A stretch of 64,000 nt of DNA from a virus (Duplodnaviria; Caudoviricetes): the IMG/VR virus record IMGVR_UViG_3300020577_014021, one strand, 5' to 3'. A program made the translations under genes and the position numbers. The notes beneath the pieces are model-generated. The model saw only the letters and a list, made by a program, of their open reading frames with translations. It ran no database searches and was not told the DNA's origin. Shown piece after piece: positions 21,332 through 31,689 of the stretch. Positions within the stretch are counted from its first letter, which is position 1; every line of letters starts with the position of its first letter.

Positions 21332-21621
21332 CTAGAAAAAATAATTGAGCCGCCTAAGGAGAAGTTATGATCAATAAAGAATATATAGAGAAAAAATTAA
21401 CGATGCCTCCTGTTGTATGTGAACAAATAGATGATGATGGAGCCAAGTGGTTTTTATCATTTGGTGGACATGATCCATTAGAAGACGAATGCATTGAATT
21501 AACAGAAAAACAATGTTTTTGGATTAAAGACAAAATAGAAAAAATGGATCTCAATTATTATGTTTTAGCTGCTGAAAAACAAAAAAGATTGCAACTTTTT
21601 CCTGAAAAATAAAACAAATAC

Positions 21622-21695
21622 GGGTGATTAACTCAGATGGATAGAGTGTGGATCTTCTAAGTCCAAAGTCGGTGGTTCGAATCCACCATCACCCA
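21622..21695 (+). tRNA. tRNA-Arg(UCU)
   Basis: TGGAT-CTTCTAA-GTCCA; canonical T-arm. Confidence 0.92.
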
Positions 21696-21730
21696 TATGT
21701 ATCCGACATCAATGTCGGATACATGATTAC

Positions 21731-22240
21731 TTGAATATGAGAACATATCAACAACATTGGTTAAAACATGGCATTGCCAAAGATATGCGTCTCAATGCTT
21801 TACGACAAGGAACATATAATGGTTCACCAACAATTGAAAACCAAAGATTGATTAAAAAATGTACTGCACGTCATCTTATAACAGGTACAACACTTGTTTT
21901 TACATATGATGAAGGTATGCATTCATGTGGTTGGTGGAAAAATCCAGATTATGAACGTTGTTATCATTTATCATTAAGTTTTTTTGATCCTATTACTTTA
22001 GCCAATGTACCACACAATAAAAAAATTGCTAAAGAATGGTTAGATGCTTTTTATGGCAATGATTGTAATTATATATGGGCAGAACCACCATATAGCAATG
22101 CAGGAAAAGAAAAAGACATCTGGCATTATCGTTTGTTTTGTGATATAAACTGGAAACCTATTTTACCAAGAAAAGAAGTTTATTCTACTGAATTTACGCC
22201 AAATAGTTGGATATCATTTAGTGAAATAAATTTTGAATAA
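21731..22240 (+). CDS. hypothetical protein
   Basis: 169 aa ORF with conserved-looking GWWKNPDYERCYHLSLSF. Confidence 0.7.
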   Translation: MNMRTYQQHWLKHGIAKDMRLNALRQGTYNGSPTIENQRLIKKCTARHLITGTTLVFTYDEGMHSCGWWKNPDYERCYHLSLSFFDPITLANVPHNKKIAKEWLDAFYGNDCNYIWAEPPYSNAGKEKDIWHYRLFCDINWKPILPRKEVYSTEFTPNSWISFSEINFE

Positions 22241-22438
22241 TAATGTATGAAATTTTTAGGATTACGTATTTATACTGAACAAGAATATAAAAAGAAAGGG
22301 ACTTATATACTTGACACACACGATTAAATCCATTAATGTTAAATCCTGGAGATAAAATAAAAATGGAAAATTGCAGAGGCAAGAATGCAAGCAAATGCTA
22401 CAGTAGCCTTGGAAGGCAAGTTTTAGTAATCATATACA

Positions 22439-22993
22439 ATGCATATCAAACATTTTGTTAACCTCACTAATGGCTTAGAATTTATTCATCAACTACCACA
22501 CTACGAATTTATCAGAATCCAGTCATCCACCATAGAACAAAAAAACTGGTTTAAATTATTTAGCGATCTTGACAATAATTTTTTAATGAATCTTGTGATT
22601 GGCAATAAGTGCATTGTATATGATTGCGGCACCAATAGAAAAATGTCAAAAACTATTTATCTTGGGGTGCCCATGATCAATTATGTGTTATCAAAGTTTT
22701 TTGATTTAGAACTTCCACCAGCTATTCGTTATTCTCGCACAGGTTTAGAACAATTTAATGAAACAACTTTTTATAATTCTATATACGATAATTTGTTTAA
22801 TCATAATTGTCGTAATGAAAAATTGAGTTTAAAACATAAACTAAAATACTATAAAAAATTCATCAATTGCACAAAAATCAAACTCACTGGTATTTCTGTA
22901 GCTACCACACATGATGGTGACTACGCATATTATTCAAATCTACTCAACCAACATAACAAAAATAATCAAACTTTAACCATCCAACTTGTATAA
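22439..22993 (+). CDS. hypothetical protein
   Basis: HFVNLTNGLE...FIRIQSS. Confidence 0.7.
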   Translation: MHIKHFVNLTNGLEFIHQLPHYEFIRIQSSTIEQKNWFKLFSDLDNNFLMNLVIGNKCIVYDCGTNRKMSKTIYLGVPMINYVLSKFFDLELPPAIRYSRTGLEQFNETTFYNSIYDNLFNHNCRNEKLSLKHKLKYYKKFINCTKIKLTGISVATTHDGDYAYYSNLLNQHNKNNQTLTIQLV

Positions 22994-23001
22994 TATTACA
23001 A

Positions 23002-23478
23002 ATGGATTCAGTACATTTTAAATCAGAATCTGATGAATGGGAAACCCCACAAGATTTTTTTGATAAATTAAATCAAATCTTTAATTTTAAAATTGATGCA
23101 GCAGCTACTTTACAAAATTCCAAATGTCAACAAAGATATGAAGATGGTTTAAAACAATTATGGGAATATTCAACTTTTTGCAATCCACCCTATAGTCAAC
23201 TATCACAATGGGTTGATCATGCCATAAAAAGCTCATTACAAACCAATGAACCAATTGTAATGTTAATACCTGCTAGGACTGATACTAAAGCATTTCAGAA
23301 AATAGCTCAATATGGTTCTATTTTGTTTATTAAAGGCCGCTTAAAATTTAGAAACCCACTAAAATCAACCATTAATCCAGCACCTTTCCCCTCAGCTTTA
23401 ATCTTTTTAAACACTGATAACTACAAAAACCAAATTAAAACATATTTAGAACCTCTTGGATTCCTTTTATCTAAATAA
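23002..23478 (+). CDS. phage DNA N6-adenine methyltransferase (Dam family)
   Basis: SDEWETPQDFF, DAAA, FCNPPYS, LIPARTDT, GRLKF, APFPS. Confidence 0.92.
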   Translation: MDSVHFKSESDEWETPQDFFDKLNQIFNFKIDAAATLQNSKCQQRYEDGLKQLWEYSTFCNPPYSQLSQWVDHAIKSSLQTNEPIVMLIPARTDTKAFQKIAQYGSILFIKGRLKFRNPLKSTINPAPFPSALIFLNTDNYKNQIKTYLEPLGFLLSK

Positions 23479-23574
23479 CTTATAATATTTAAAATACTTA
23501 TAAATGTTATTGACTCTATAAACTTTATAAGTTATATAAGATTTATAAGATGTTTAAAAAAAACAAGGAACTCT

Positions 23575-23952
23575 ATGTCTACCAAAGCTACGTTAACCAT
23601 AATTGATAATATAAATGATTTAGCTATTCATCTTTACACAGAAAAAAGAGGAACACCTACAGAAATTGCTGATGATTTAGATACTATTATAAGCAATATT
23701 AACCCAGTGGGAGCAGAACGCTCATTAGGAGAAAAATTATTAAGACATTTTTCTGATTATGAGCTTATCGATTTAAAATATGTAAAACTTGAGATGGATG
23801 CTGAATTTCACTACAATATCATACTCAGAGATAATGCAGATGAATGCAAAATGATTGTTGAAGTGCCATATTATATGAAGCACTACAATATATTGTCTGT
23901 TGATAAGTTGTTTGATTTTATAAAGAAGTACAGCTCACGCCCTATTGCGTGA
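23575..23952 (+). CDS. hypothetical protein
   Basis: AAGGA RBS; ends within an 11-bp hairpin at 23930-23957. Confidence 0.65.
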   Translation: MSTKATLTIIDNINDLAIHLYTEKRGTPTEIADDLDTIISNINPVGAERSLGEKLLRHFSDYELIDLKYVKLEMDAEFHYNIILRDNADECKMIVEVPYYMKHYNILSVDKLFDFIKKYSSRPIA

Positions 23953-24641
23953 GCTGTCACCCAGGAGTTACACAAAAAAATTATGTAATTATAGAACTAC
24001 TATAATATATCCATAAAAAAAGCAACAACTATTTTAAAACTAAAGATAAAAATATGACCAAAAACAATAAAAATTCTTATGAAAATGCCTTAAATCAATT
24101 AGAACAGTTTCTAAAAGATGAACCTATAAAAATCTTTAATGAAAAACTCATTACATTGGCAGCTAAAGAAATCTTAAGTCTATACAAGGCAGAAAAATGG
24201 CAATGTAAAAACATCCAAGAAATTAGAGACCATGCCATAAAAAACCATGTTTTAGAAAGTTGGATTAACCGGTTGACATGGGAAAATAAATTTATCATAC
24301 TAGCTTTTAATTCAAAGAATTCTACAGTGGAAGCTAACTTCAATAAAATGAACAAAGATATTTTAGGTGAAATATGTAGACATTATTTGATTATCGAAGC
24401 CTGTGAAATCATTATGAAAAACTTTATAAGGTCTACAAAAACCAAAAAAAATAAAGGAGAAAAATGACAAAGGAAACCAATTTATACGAAAATCTCTTCT
24501 GTGGAAGCTTCTTATTTGTGTGGTTATTTTATTTCTTCTTATAATTAGAATTGACTTTTATTTAAAAAAGTGGCAATACATATAATGTATAAAATGCTTT
24601 TTTAATGAAAAGTACATATTACTATTATAACGGAGATAAAA

Positions 24642-24890
24642 ATGTTAGAGTTAAATGATGAAATAGTTGTAGTTGCTAAACTTCAAGCCAGAAATGACAA
24701 ATTTGGCAACCCAAGAAGTGCTTATTTAGTAAACACTTATGAAGGCGAAACAGTAAAAATATACGAAGATACCAAAGAAGGTATGAAGCAGCTAAAGGAA
24801 TTGTTACCAGATTTTGTAAAACCTACTTTTACTATTAGGGTAGAACTAAGGGAATTGAAAATACATTTAGATCAAGGAAAGTATTTATAA
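24642..24890 (+). CDS. hypothetical protein
   Basis: GGAG RBS. Confidence 0.65.
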   Translation: MLELNDEIVVVAKLQARNDKFGNPRSAYLVNTYEGETVKIYEDTKEGMKQLKELLPDFVKPTFTIRVELRELKIHLDQGKYL

Positions 24891-25885
24891 AGGATTTATG
24901 AAAGACAGAACTCGTGAAAACTTAAGCTTTGCTGAACAATTAAAATTAGCCCTGAGCGGCTTAAATAATGATAAAAAACAGCAAACAGTAAATAAAAACC
25001 AAAAACAACTTAATCTTAAACAAGTAGAAGTTGTTAAAATATCTGCACAAAAATCACATTAGCATACATTTCATGCAAATTTTTTATCTCATTCAAGAAT
25101 TAAACCTCACTGAACAAAAAACAAAATACATTCAAGCTTGCACTTCATTTAATGAAGCACAAATTATTTTGTTTTCTTGTGAATCCCAAAAACCTGATAA
25201 TTTAAATTATCACTACAAAATCATCCCCTTCTCTGCCCCTAACTCCAAAGTTATACATAATCTATTTAACTATTCATGTAGTTAAATAATTGATATATAC
25301 TTATTTCTTATAATATTTTTATTTTTTTAAAGTAAAATAGTGGAAAAGTGTTTTTTTTTATGTTAAATGCGTCTTATGAAAATACACTATATTCTACTAA
25401 TATTTCTTTTGGTATTTTTAGTAGTTCAAATTAAACCGGTCAATAGAATATTAAAAAAAATGATCAGTCTAATCATTTTTCTAATATTGCAATTGACGAT
25501 GTACTTCTTAAATATACTTCAAAAAATACTACACAAACTTAATGACAAATAAGACATTTTAATTGTTTTAATCAAAATTTCATCTTCATTCATTATTCAT
25601 CTTATAACACACAAAAAATTATAGTGCAAATATAAGTTAAAAAAACTATAATATTTATTTAACTTATAAATGATATTTATTGATATAGTTTATTCCCACT
25701 CGTACCTACACTTTTTTAAAAAAACATAAAAATTGCTTCATAAAATATTATGTTTTGATAAAATTTTAATGATTTTGTTAATAAACTCATCAATTCAACA
25801 AAGTAATTAATAAATTAAATCATATACTTAATTGATTTACATACAAAAATACAATAAAAAACATCGAAAAAAATAGCGTGCGCAC

Positions 25886-25913
25886 TTGACTAAAATCAAT
25901 AATCTGTTACTAT
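25886..25913 (+). promoter_or_regulatory. sigma70-type promoter for the DUF262 gene leader
   Basis: TTGACT-N16-TACTAT with TGn. Confidence 0.65.
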
Positions 25914-25995
25914 GTATTTATAGTTGATGAAAACAAGTAAAGAAGAAGTAAGATAATATGCTGAAATGTAGTTGCTAAGAAGAAAGGAGAAACGC

Positions 25996-26031
25996 ATGAG
26001 TTCGATTAATTTAATTAACATTTTATATTAA
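25996..26031 (+). other. candidate 11-aa leader peptide MSSINLINILY
   Basis: Strong AAAGGAG SD; overlaps the 5' arm of the 26015-26092 hairpin. Confidence 0.45.
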
Positions 26032-26205
26032 ACATCATGCGACCACATATGTTATTTTTATATATATGGAGCATGATGATATGAAATGTTAATCGGCCGC
26101 TGAAAAATTGCTGAAAATAATAAGCTGAAAAAAATTTGAGAAGACCGTAAAGATGAGATAAAATTTTATTAAACCTTAAAACAAAAAATTAAACTGGAGA
26201 GAAAA

Positions 26206-27456
26206 ATGGAAGCTGAAATGATGGAAATGACCACTGAAGTACAAAATGTTGAAATGAAGCCGCACAAGCCAAAGCGTCACTACATGTCTAAAAAGGCACG
26301 TAAAGAAGCTGTTATTGTTACTGAACCTGAATCAGAAAATTTTGATGAATTAGAAGTCAATGACTATGACATTTCATCAATTCCCAATGATTTTAACGTC
26401 AGTACAATTTTCAACCAGATTGAAAGGGGAATTTTAAAGATTCCTCCTTTTCAAAGAAATTATGTGTGGGATATCAAACGTGCAAGTAAATTGATTGAAT
26501 CAATTTTAAGAGGTTTGCCAATCCCTCAAATTTTCTTGTATGAAACAGATAATAAAGAATTGCTGATCTTGGATGGTCAGCAACGTCTGATGTCCATTTA
26601 CTACTTTATGAAAATGCACTTTCCCGTCAAAGAAAGACGTGCAGAATTAAAGTCTCAATGGAGTACAGGTCATGTTTCAGAAAATGTTTTAACAGATAAG
26701 CAATATTTTAAGGATTTTAAGCTTAAATTGCCAGACACAGCTTTAAATAAACGTAATAAGTATAAAAACTTAACTTACGCCACTTTAAGCGAAGCTGACA
26801 AACAAGAATTTGATTTGCGCACCATTCGTTGTGTTATTATCAAAAAGGATAAACCCAATACAGATGATTCTTGTGTTTTTGAAATTTTCCACCGTTTAAA
26901 TTCAGGTGGTGTTAATTTGCATCCACAAGAAATCAGGATGAGTTTATATTACTCCAAATTCTATGAAATTTTAACTGATTTGAATAATTTACCAGAATGG
27001 CGTAAAATTCTGGGTTCAGATCATCCAGAATTTCATACAAAAGACATTGAAACTATTTTGCGCGGATTTGCCTTTTTAGAATTTGGTGAAAAATATACGC
27101 CATCTTTAATTAAGTTTTTGAATAATTACAGTAAAAAGTCTCAAGCCAACACGACTGATGAAAATAATTATCTCAGAAACCTGTTTCTATCATTTCTACA
27201 AGCTTGTAAGCACTTGCCTGAAGAGATTTTTGTTAGAAATGATAAATTTAATTTGACCTTGTTTGAGTCTGTATTTGTGGCTACTTGTTCTGAACCATTT
27301 ACCAAGAAGACTATTGTGACTAAAGAGTTGAAAAGTCATGATATTCAGAAGTTGGCCAATGATCCAGAATTTATTGAAACCACACAGAAAAACACCACTT
27401 CCTCCGTCAATGTTCGTAAGCGCCTCACTCGGGCAAATGAAATTTTAAATTCCTAA
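26206..27456 (+). CDS. DUF262 (ParB-like, GmrS-type) domain protein
   Basis: IPPFQRNYVW, LIESIL.GLPIP, DGQQR, FHRLNSGG. Confidence 0.9.
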   Translation: MEAEMMEMTTEVQNVEMKPHKPKRHYMSKKARKEAVIVTEPESENFDELEVNDYDISSIPNDFNVSTIFNQIERGILKIPPFQRNYVWDIKRASKLIESILRGLPIPQIFLYETDNKELLILDGQQRLMSIYYFMKMHFPVKERRAELKSQWSTGHVSENVLTDKQYFKDFKLKLPDTALNKRNKYKNLTYATLSEADKQEFDLRTIRCVIIKKDKPNTDDSCVFEIFHRLNSGGVNLHPQEIRMSLYYSKFYEILTDLNNLPEWRKILGSDHPEFHTKDIETILRGFAFLEFGEKYTPSLIKFLNNYSKKSQANTTDENNYLRNLFLSFLQACKHLPEEIFVRNDKFNLTLFESVFVATCSEPFTKKTIVTKELKSHDIQKLANDPEFIETTQKNTTSSVNVRKRLTRANEILNS

Positions 27457-27597
27457 AGCCTATTGACTTAGAGTTACACATCTTATAAGACTTTTTAAAG
27501 CTGTTCAAAACAAAAAGGAGATTGATGTGAAACCCAGGTCATGTTCGTCTATATTTTTTAAAATATTGCAGTACAAACTTTTAAATGAGGGTCAATA

Positions 27598-28698
27598 ATG
27601 CAATTACCAGAATGCTACACATTATCACGCCAATGGGATTATGAAGTTAGTGCAAAATTCAATGATTTTAATGTTTTCTTGACAAGGTTAAGGGAGATGA
27701 ATTACAACATTAACGGTTCAAATTTAATCCAACTTGAGCAAATCATGCAACAGTGCAAGATTTTATCTGATCAAGCATTAAAAAATATAAAATCTGAAAA
27801 AATAAAAAAAGAAGAGACCCCGCCTAGCCAACCTCTTCACCAAGAAGATACCTTCGAAAAAGATAACTAGCTTTAAATTTAATCTATTTATAATAACAAT
27901 AGATTATTTAAAAAAACCTGTTATGATTGTTTATCAAATTGACTACGTCATCAACAAAAATTTTATAAGACAAATTATTAAGTATTACGCTAAAATGAAA
28001 GTTCCTTATAAAATTTTCATAAATATAAATTCATTTAATATAGGCTTTAACAAAAACAAAAAAACCTTAGATGAAGCTTTAAATTATTGTTTTGAGACCC
28101 TCAATAAAGCTCATAATCCAAATTTTTGGGTAAAGCCTTCTTACATGAAAATGTTCAAACTGCCAGATTCTGATGAAACTAAATATACCTAATGTTTATA
28201 CTAAGTTAAAGAGCATTATGTATGAAAAAACAAACTCCTTATTTATATTTCTTCGTGGAAAAACTTGTAAAAGACCGCTGGTATTCTTGCGACACATGGG
28301 AAGAAGATCCTTACTATTTAGGATGCTTTCAGGTACCTGAAAAATTTTCTTTTTATAAAGAACAAAATCCTATTTTTATTGATTTATTGACTGGCATTAA
28401 TAGTGATATAGGTCCACTAAAACCATTAGCAGGCTTACCAGGATGGCCTAGTACTCCCATCAAACTAATCATAGAATACGAAAAAATGCGTGGCGGTGGC
28501 TTCTCACGATATCATACTTATTATTCAGTTAGTGAACTCACACATTTATTTGAAACCAAAAAATACAGTCGCCCACTATCTGATATTATTAAAAAAGCTT
28601 CAGGTAATTTTTGTAAAGATGTTTTACCAAAATTAAAGAAAATAAAAATGCAAAAAGAAGTGTCTGACGTGCGAGTAATTGTATGGTTTGATAGCTAA
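27598..28698 (+). other. three hypothetical ORFs (27598, 27923, 28222)
   Basis: ORF track. Confidence 0.55.
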
Positions 28699-28707
28699 AT
28701 TTATTGC

Positions 28708-29426
28708 TTATTTGGTATTTTCTGTCTTACAGAAAGTATCTATTGCCTGCCATGTCCTTGTATCTGTAATCTGGCCATTATCCTTCATCTGCTTTACAGA
28801 AGCACAAAATTCATCAATGGGCGCCCTATTAAACCCGGTATTTTCGTCTAAGCATATTTCAGTACCAGATTTCATTTTCCCCACTTCCCTTTCTAAATTT
28901 AAATGAGCATTAGTATTATTGGCTTTAAACATTAAATTCATAGACTGAGTAAAATAATGTTTCCATTCAATACAAGTAATTTTGCTTAAAAACCCACCAC
29001 AAGACATATGTTCCTTTCTAAAATTTACAGGATTTCTTTAAAATAAAGAATTCCACTGCCAACCATTTCATGAAAACTAAAATTATTAAAAGTTTCACTG
29101 TCAATCGTCAATCGACTACCAAAGTTTTCAAAATAATCATCAAACCATCCTACTGCACGGTGAACATCTATCACATCAAAAATAAATTTACTTTTTTCTT
29201 CAGTCTTTTTCTCATGCTCTACTTTAACTAATTCAACTATAAAACACGTCAATGAACGTGATTCAATATGTTCATATTTAAATGGCAATGTAAAATCTGT
29301 ATATACATAATATTTTCTATTTAATTGTAATTTATTTTCCTCATATAATTGTAACATTCCAATAATTGAACTAACGTGATAATAATTATTTGACATAATT
29401 AACCTTTTTATAATATAGTAAAGCAC
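28708..29426 (-). other. two hypothetical ORFs (28708-29007, 29025-29426)
   Basis: ORF track; AAAGG RBSs. Confidence 0.55.
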
Positions 29427-29454
29427 CAGCTGAAAATATTAGGAGATAATAATC

Positions 29455-30443
29455 ATGGTAGAATTAATTTTTGAAAATGAATCATTTAAAATTTTCTTAA
29501 TGTATAAGAATCTTTCTTACAAAATAGAATCACTTTGCTATCTAATATGTCCAAAATATCTCAATGTTCCTATAGTTAATTTCAAGTACCTTGCTAAATT
29601 ACACCAATCATTACTTGACATAGGTGCTGTACCCCTTAACAACTTAGACCCAAGTTTCTTTGATCAAGAATCACTGGAAAAACATGTAAGCATAAGTAAG
29701 AATAAATTTCAATACCTACTACCCATTATTAATTGGAAAAATTTAAAAAAAGTAAGTATTAATGCTTACCAAGATTTTGTAGATTTAAATATAAATTTCA
29801 AAAAAGAAGAAAAAGTGTCGCAGGATTGTCTGGTGAACTTGTTAAATAATTTAAATGATGATATTTATTTGTTTAACGTATGAAGTTGAACTACCATATT
29901 GAACCTACGCCAGAAGAAATCACCACTATAGTCAAACAAGAAATAGTAAAACATGGTAAAAGACCAGATTTTGACAATTTCTTGTTAATATTTAAAAAAA
30001 AACAATATAGCCTTTTTCCTTATTTTAAGCATATTAAAGATTACCTAAGAACTTATGAATTAGATAAAAATCTAATTTTGCAATTCATGTTTAAATTAGA
30101 AATAGCAGAAAACATGCTTTTAGAAGGTGCTACCTTAAAGGAAATTAGACAACAAACTGAAATTCCTGATGAATTGTTGTTTTTAATTATTAAAAAATAT
30201 CATAAAAAAATACCCAAAGAAGTTTGGGAAATGAAATTAATGCATTATAGGTTAATGCAAGTTACACACAATATACACAATTTTTATAAAAACATTTTAG
30301 AAAAATACACACCAATAGACAAAAAAGAGTTTATAGAGAATTTTTACCATACTATAATAGACATGGGCATGTTAGATGAAGGGGATGTGCCATATTCTGA
30401 GTTGTATACTTATATATTAGGAACTTCAGATGAATCTTTCTAA
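29455..30443 (+). other. two coupled hypothetical ORFs (29455, 29880)
   Basis: AGGAG RBS; ATGA overlap. Confidence 0.6.
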
Positions 30444-31404
30444 AAAAAAATCTTTGAATTTTAATGATGTCAATCTCTTATCTGTCAAACCAAGTATTGT
30501 CAAAAGCAGAGAAGAAATTGACTGTCCTGCCAATAGAATTATTGTAGCTCCCATGTCTGCCATTATGGGTCCTCTATTTATTAAAAGAGCTGTGCAATTA
30601 AACTTAAGTGTACCAATTCACCGTTTTAATACCGTCAAAGAACAACAAATATTGTTAGATGAAGCTTTAGACCAAAAAACTTTATTTAACTCATCTTCAA
30701 TTTTATGGCTATGTGTAGGATTACATGACTATAAAGAAAGAATTGAAGGGAATTTAGACATTCTTCACAGTTACAACGTTGGTGTGTTATTGGATGTGGC
30801 CAATGGTTTTCACACAGAAGTTGAAAAATGTATAAATAAAATAAAAGCATACAATATAGAAAATTTATTTACAGGTAACATCCATACTTTTAGTGGTTGG
30901 CAATTTTTAGAAAACCTGGAAAGCAAATTTATACGTGTTGGTATAGGCAATGGTGCTGCGTGTTTAACTACCAATAATACAGGGATTGGGCGTGGCCAAT
31001 TAACCATTATTGATGAAATTTACTATGATAATGGTTATAAAACAGCTTATATCGTAAGCGATGGTGGCATTAAAGAGCCTGGAGATGCTTGCAAGGCTTT
31101 CGCAAGTGGTGCTGATTATATCATGGTTGGTTCCATGTTTTCTTATGCTGCAGAAGCTGAATGTAACCTGAATGGCCAAGGAGTGTTTTACGGTGGTGCT
31201 AGTAAATATGCCAAAGAAAAAATGGGTCTTAATCAAAAAAATATTGAAGGGACTGGACTAACCATTGATAAATCTAAAATTCAACCATTAGACAAAATTG
31301 TAGAGAATCTTTTAGATGGTATTAAAAGCTGCATTTCTTATTGTGGATATACTAAATTAGATGATTTTATTGGTAATGGGATGTTTGAATTAAAACAAAG
31401 ATAA
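30430..31404 (+). CDS. guaC: GMP reductase (IMPDH/GMPR family)
   Basis: DVANG, RVGIGNGAACLT, SDGGI..PGD..KA..SGADYIMVGSMF, IEG; no CBS domains. Confidence 0.8.
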   Translation: MNLSKKKSLNFNDVNLLSVKPSIVKSREEIDCPANRIIVAPMSAIMGPLFIKRAVQLNLSVPIHRFNTVKEQQILLDEALDQKTLFNSSSILWLCVGLHDYKERIEGNLDILHSYNVGVLLDVANGFHTEVEKCINKIKAYNIENLFTGNIHTFSGWQFLENLESKFIRVGIGNGAACLTTNNTGIGRGQLTIIDEIYYDNGYKTAYIVSDGGIKEPGDACKAFASGADYIMVGSMFSYAAEAECNLNGQGVFYGGASKYAKEKMGLNQKNIEGTGLTIDKSKIQPLDKIVENLLDGIKSCISYCGYTKLDDFIGNGMFELKQR

Positions 31405-31615
31405 AATTTATATTACCTTAAGATTCAATTTCTTTTAGTCCAATATTAACGTTATACTTTTTCTTAAATTCTAGTTGTTCTTTTCTAAGCTTTACTATGC
31501 TCTTAAAGATTTCATTCAAACAGTCTGCATAAATTTGAGTTGCATCTTCCCATATCTTTTCTAACTTTTCGGTTTTTTGTTCGTTTTCCATAACTATATT
31601 ATAATTAATTTAAAT

Positions 31616-31658
31616 AAAAAAAGACCTGCTCGTAAGTTTACGATTAAGAAAACAGGTC
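31616..31658 (-). terminator. intrinsic terminator after the major capsid gene
   Basis: GACCTG/CAGGTC stem with inner TCGTAA/TTACGA, followed by a U-tract on the minus strand. Confidence 0.6.
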
Positions 31659-31689
31659 AAATTGTATTTGATAAAGTAAGGAGGGAAAA

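Noticed and set aside
25367-25552. 61-aa hydrophobic ORF
   Set aside because: Low-complexity AT-rich region with no RBS; likely spurious
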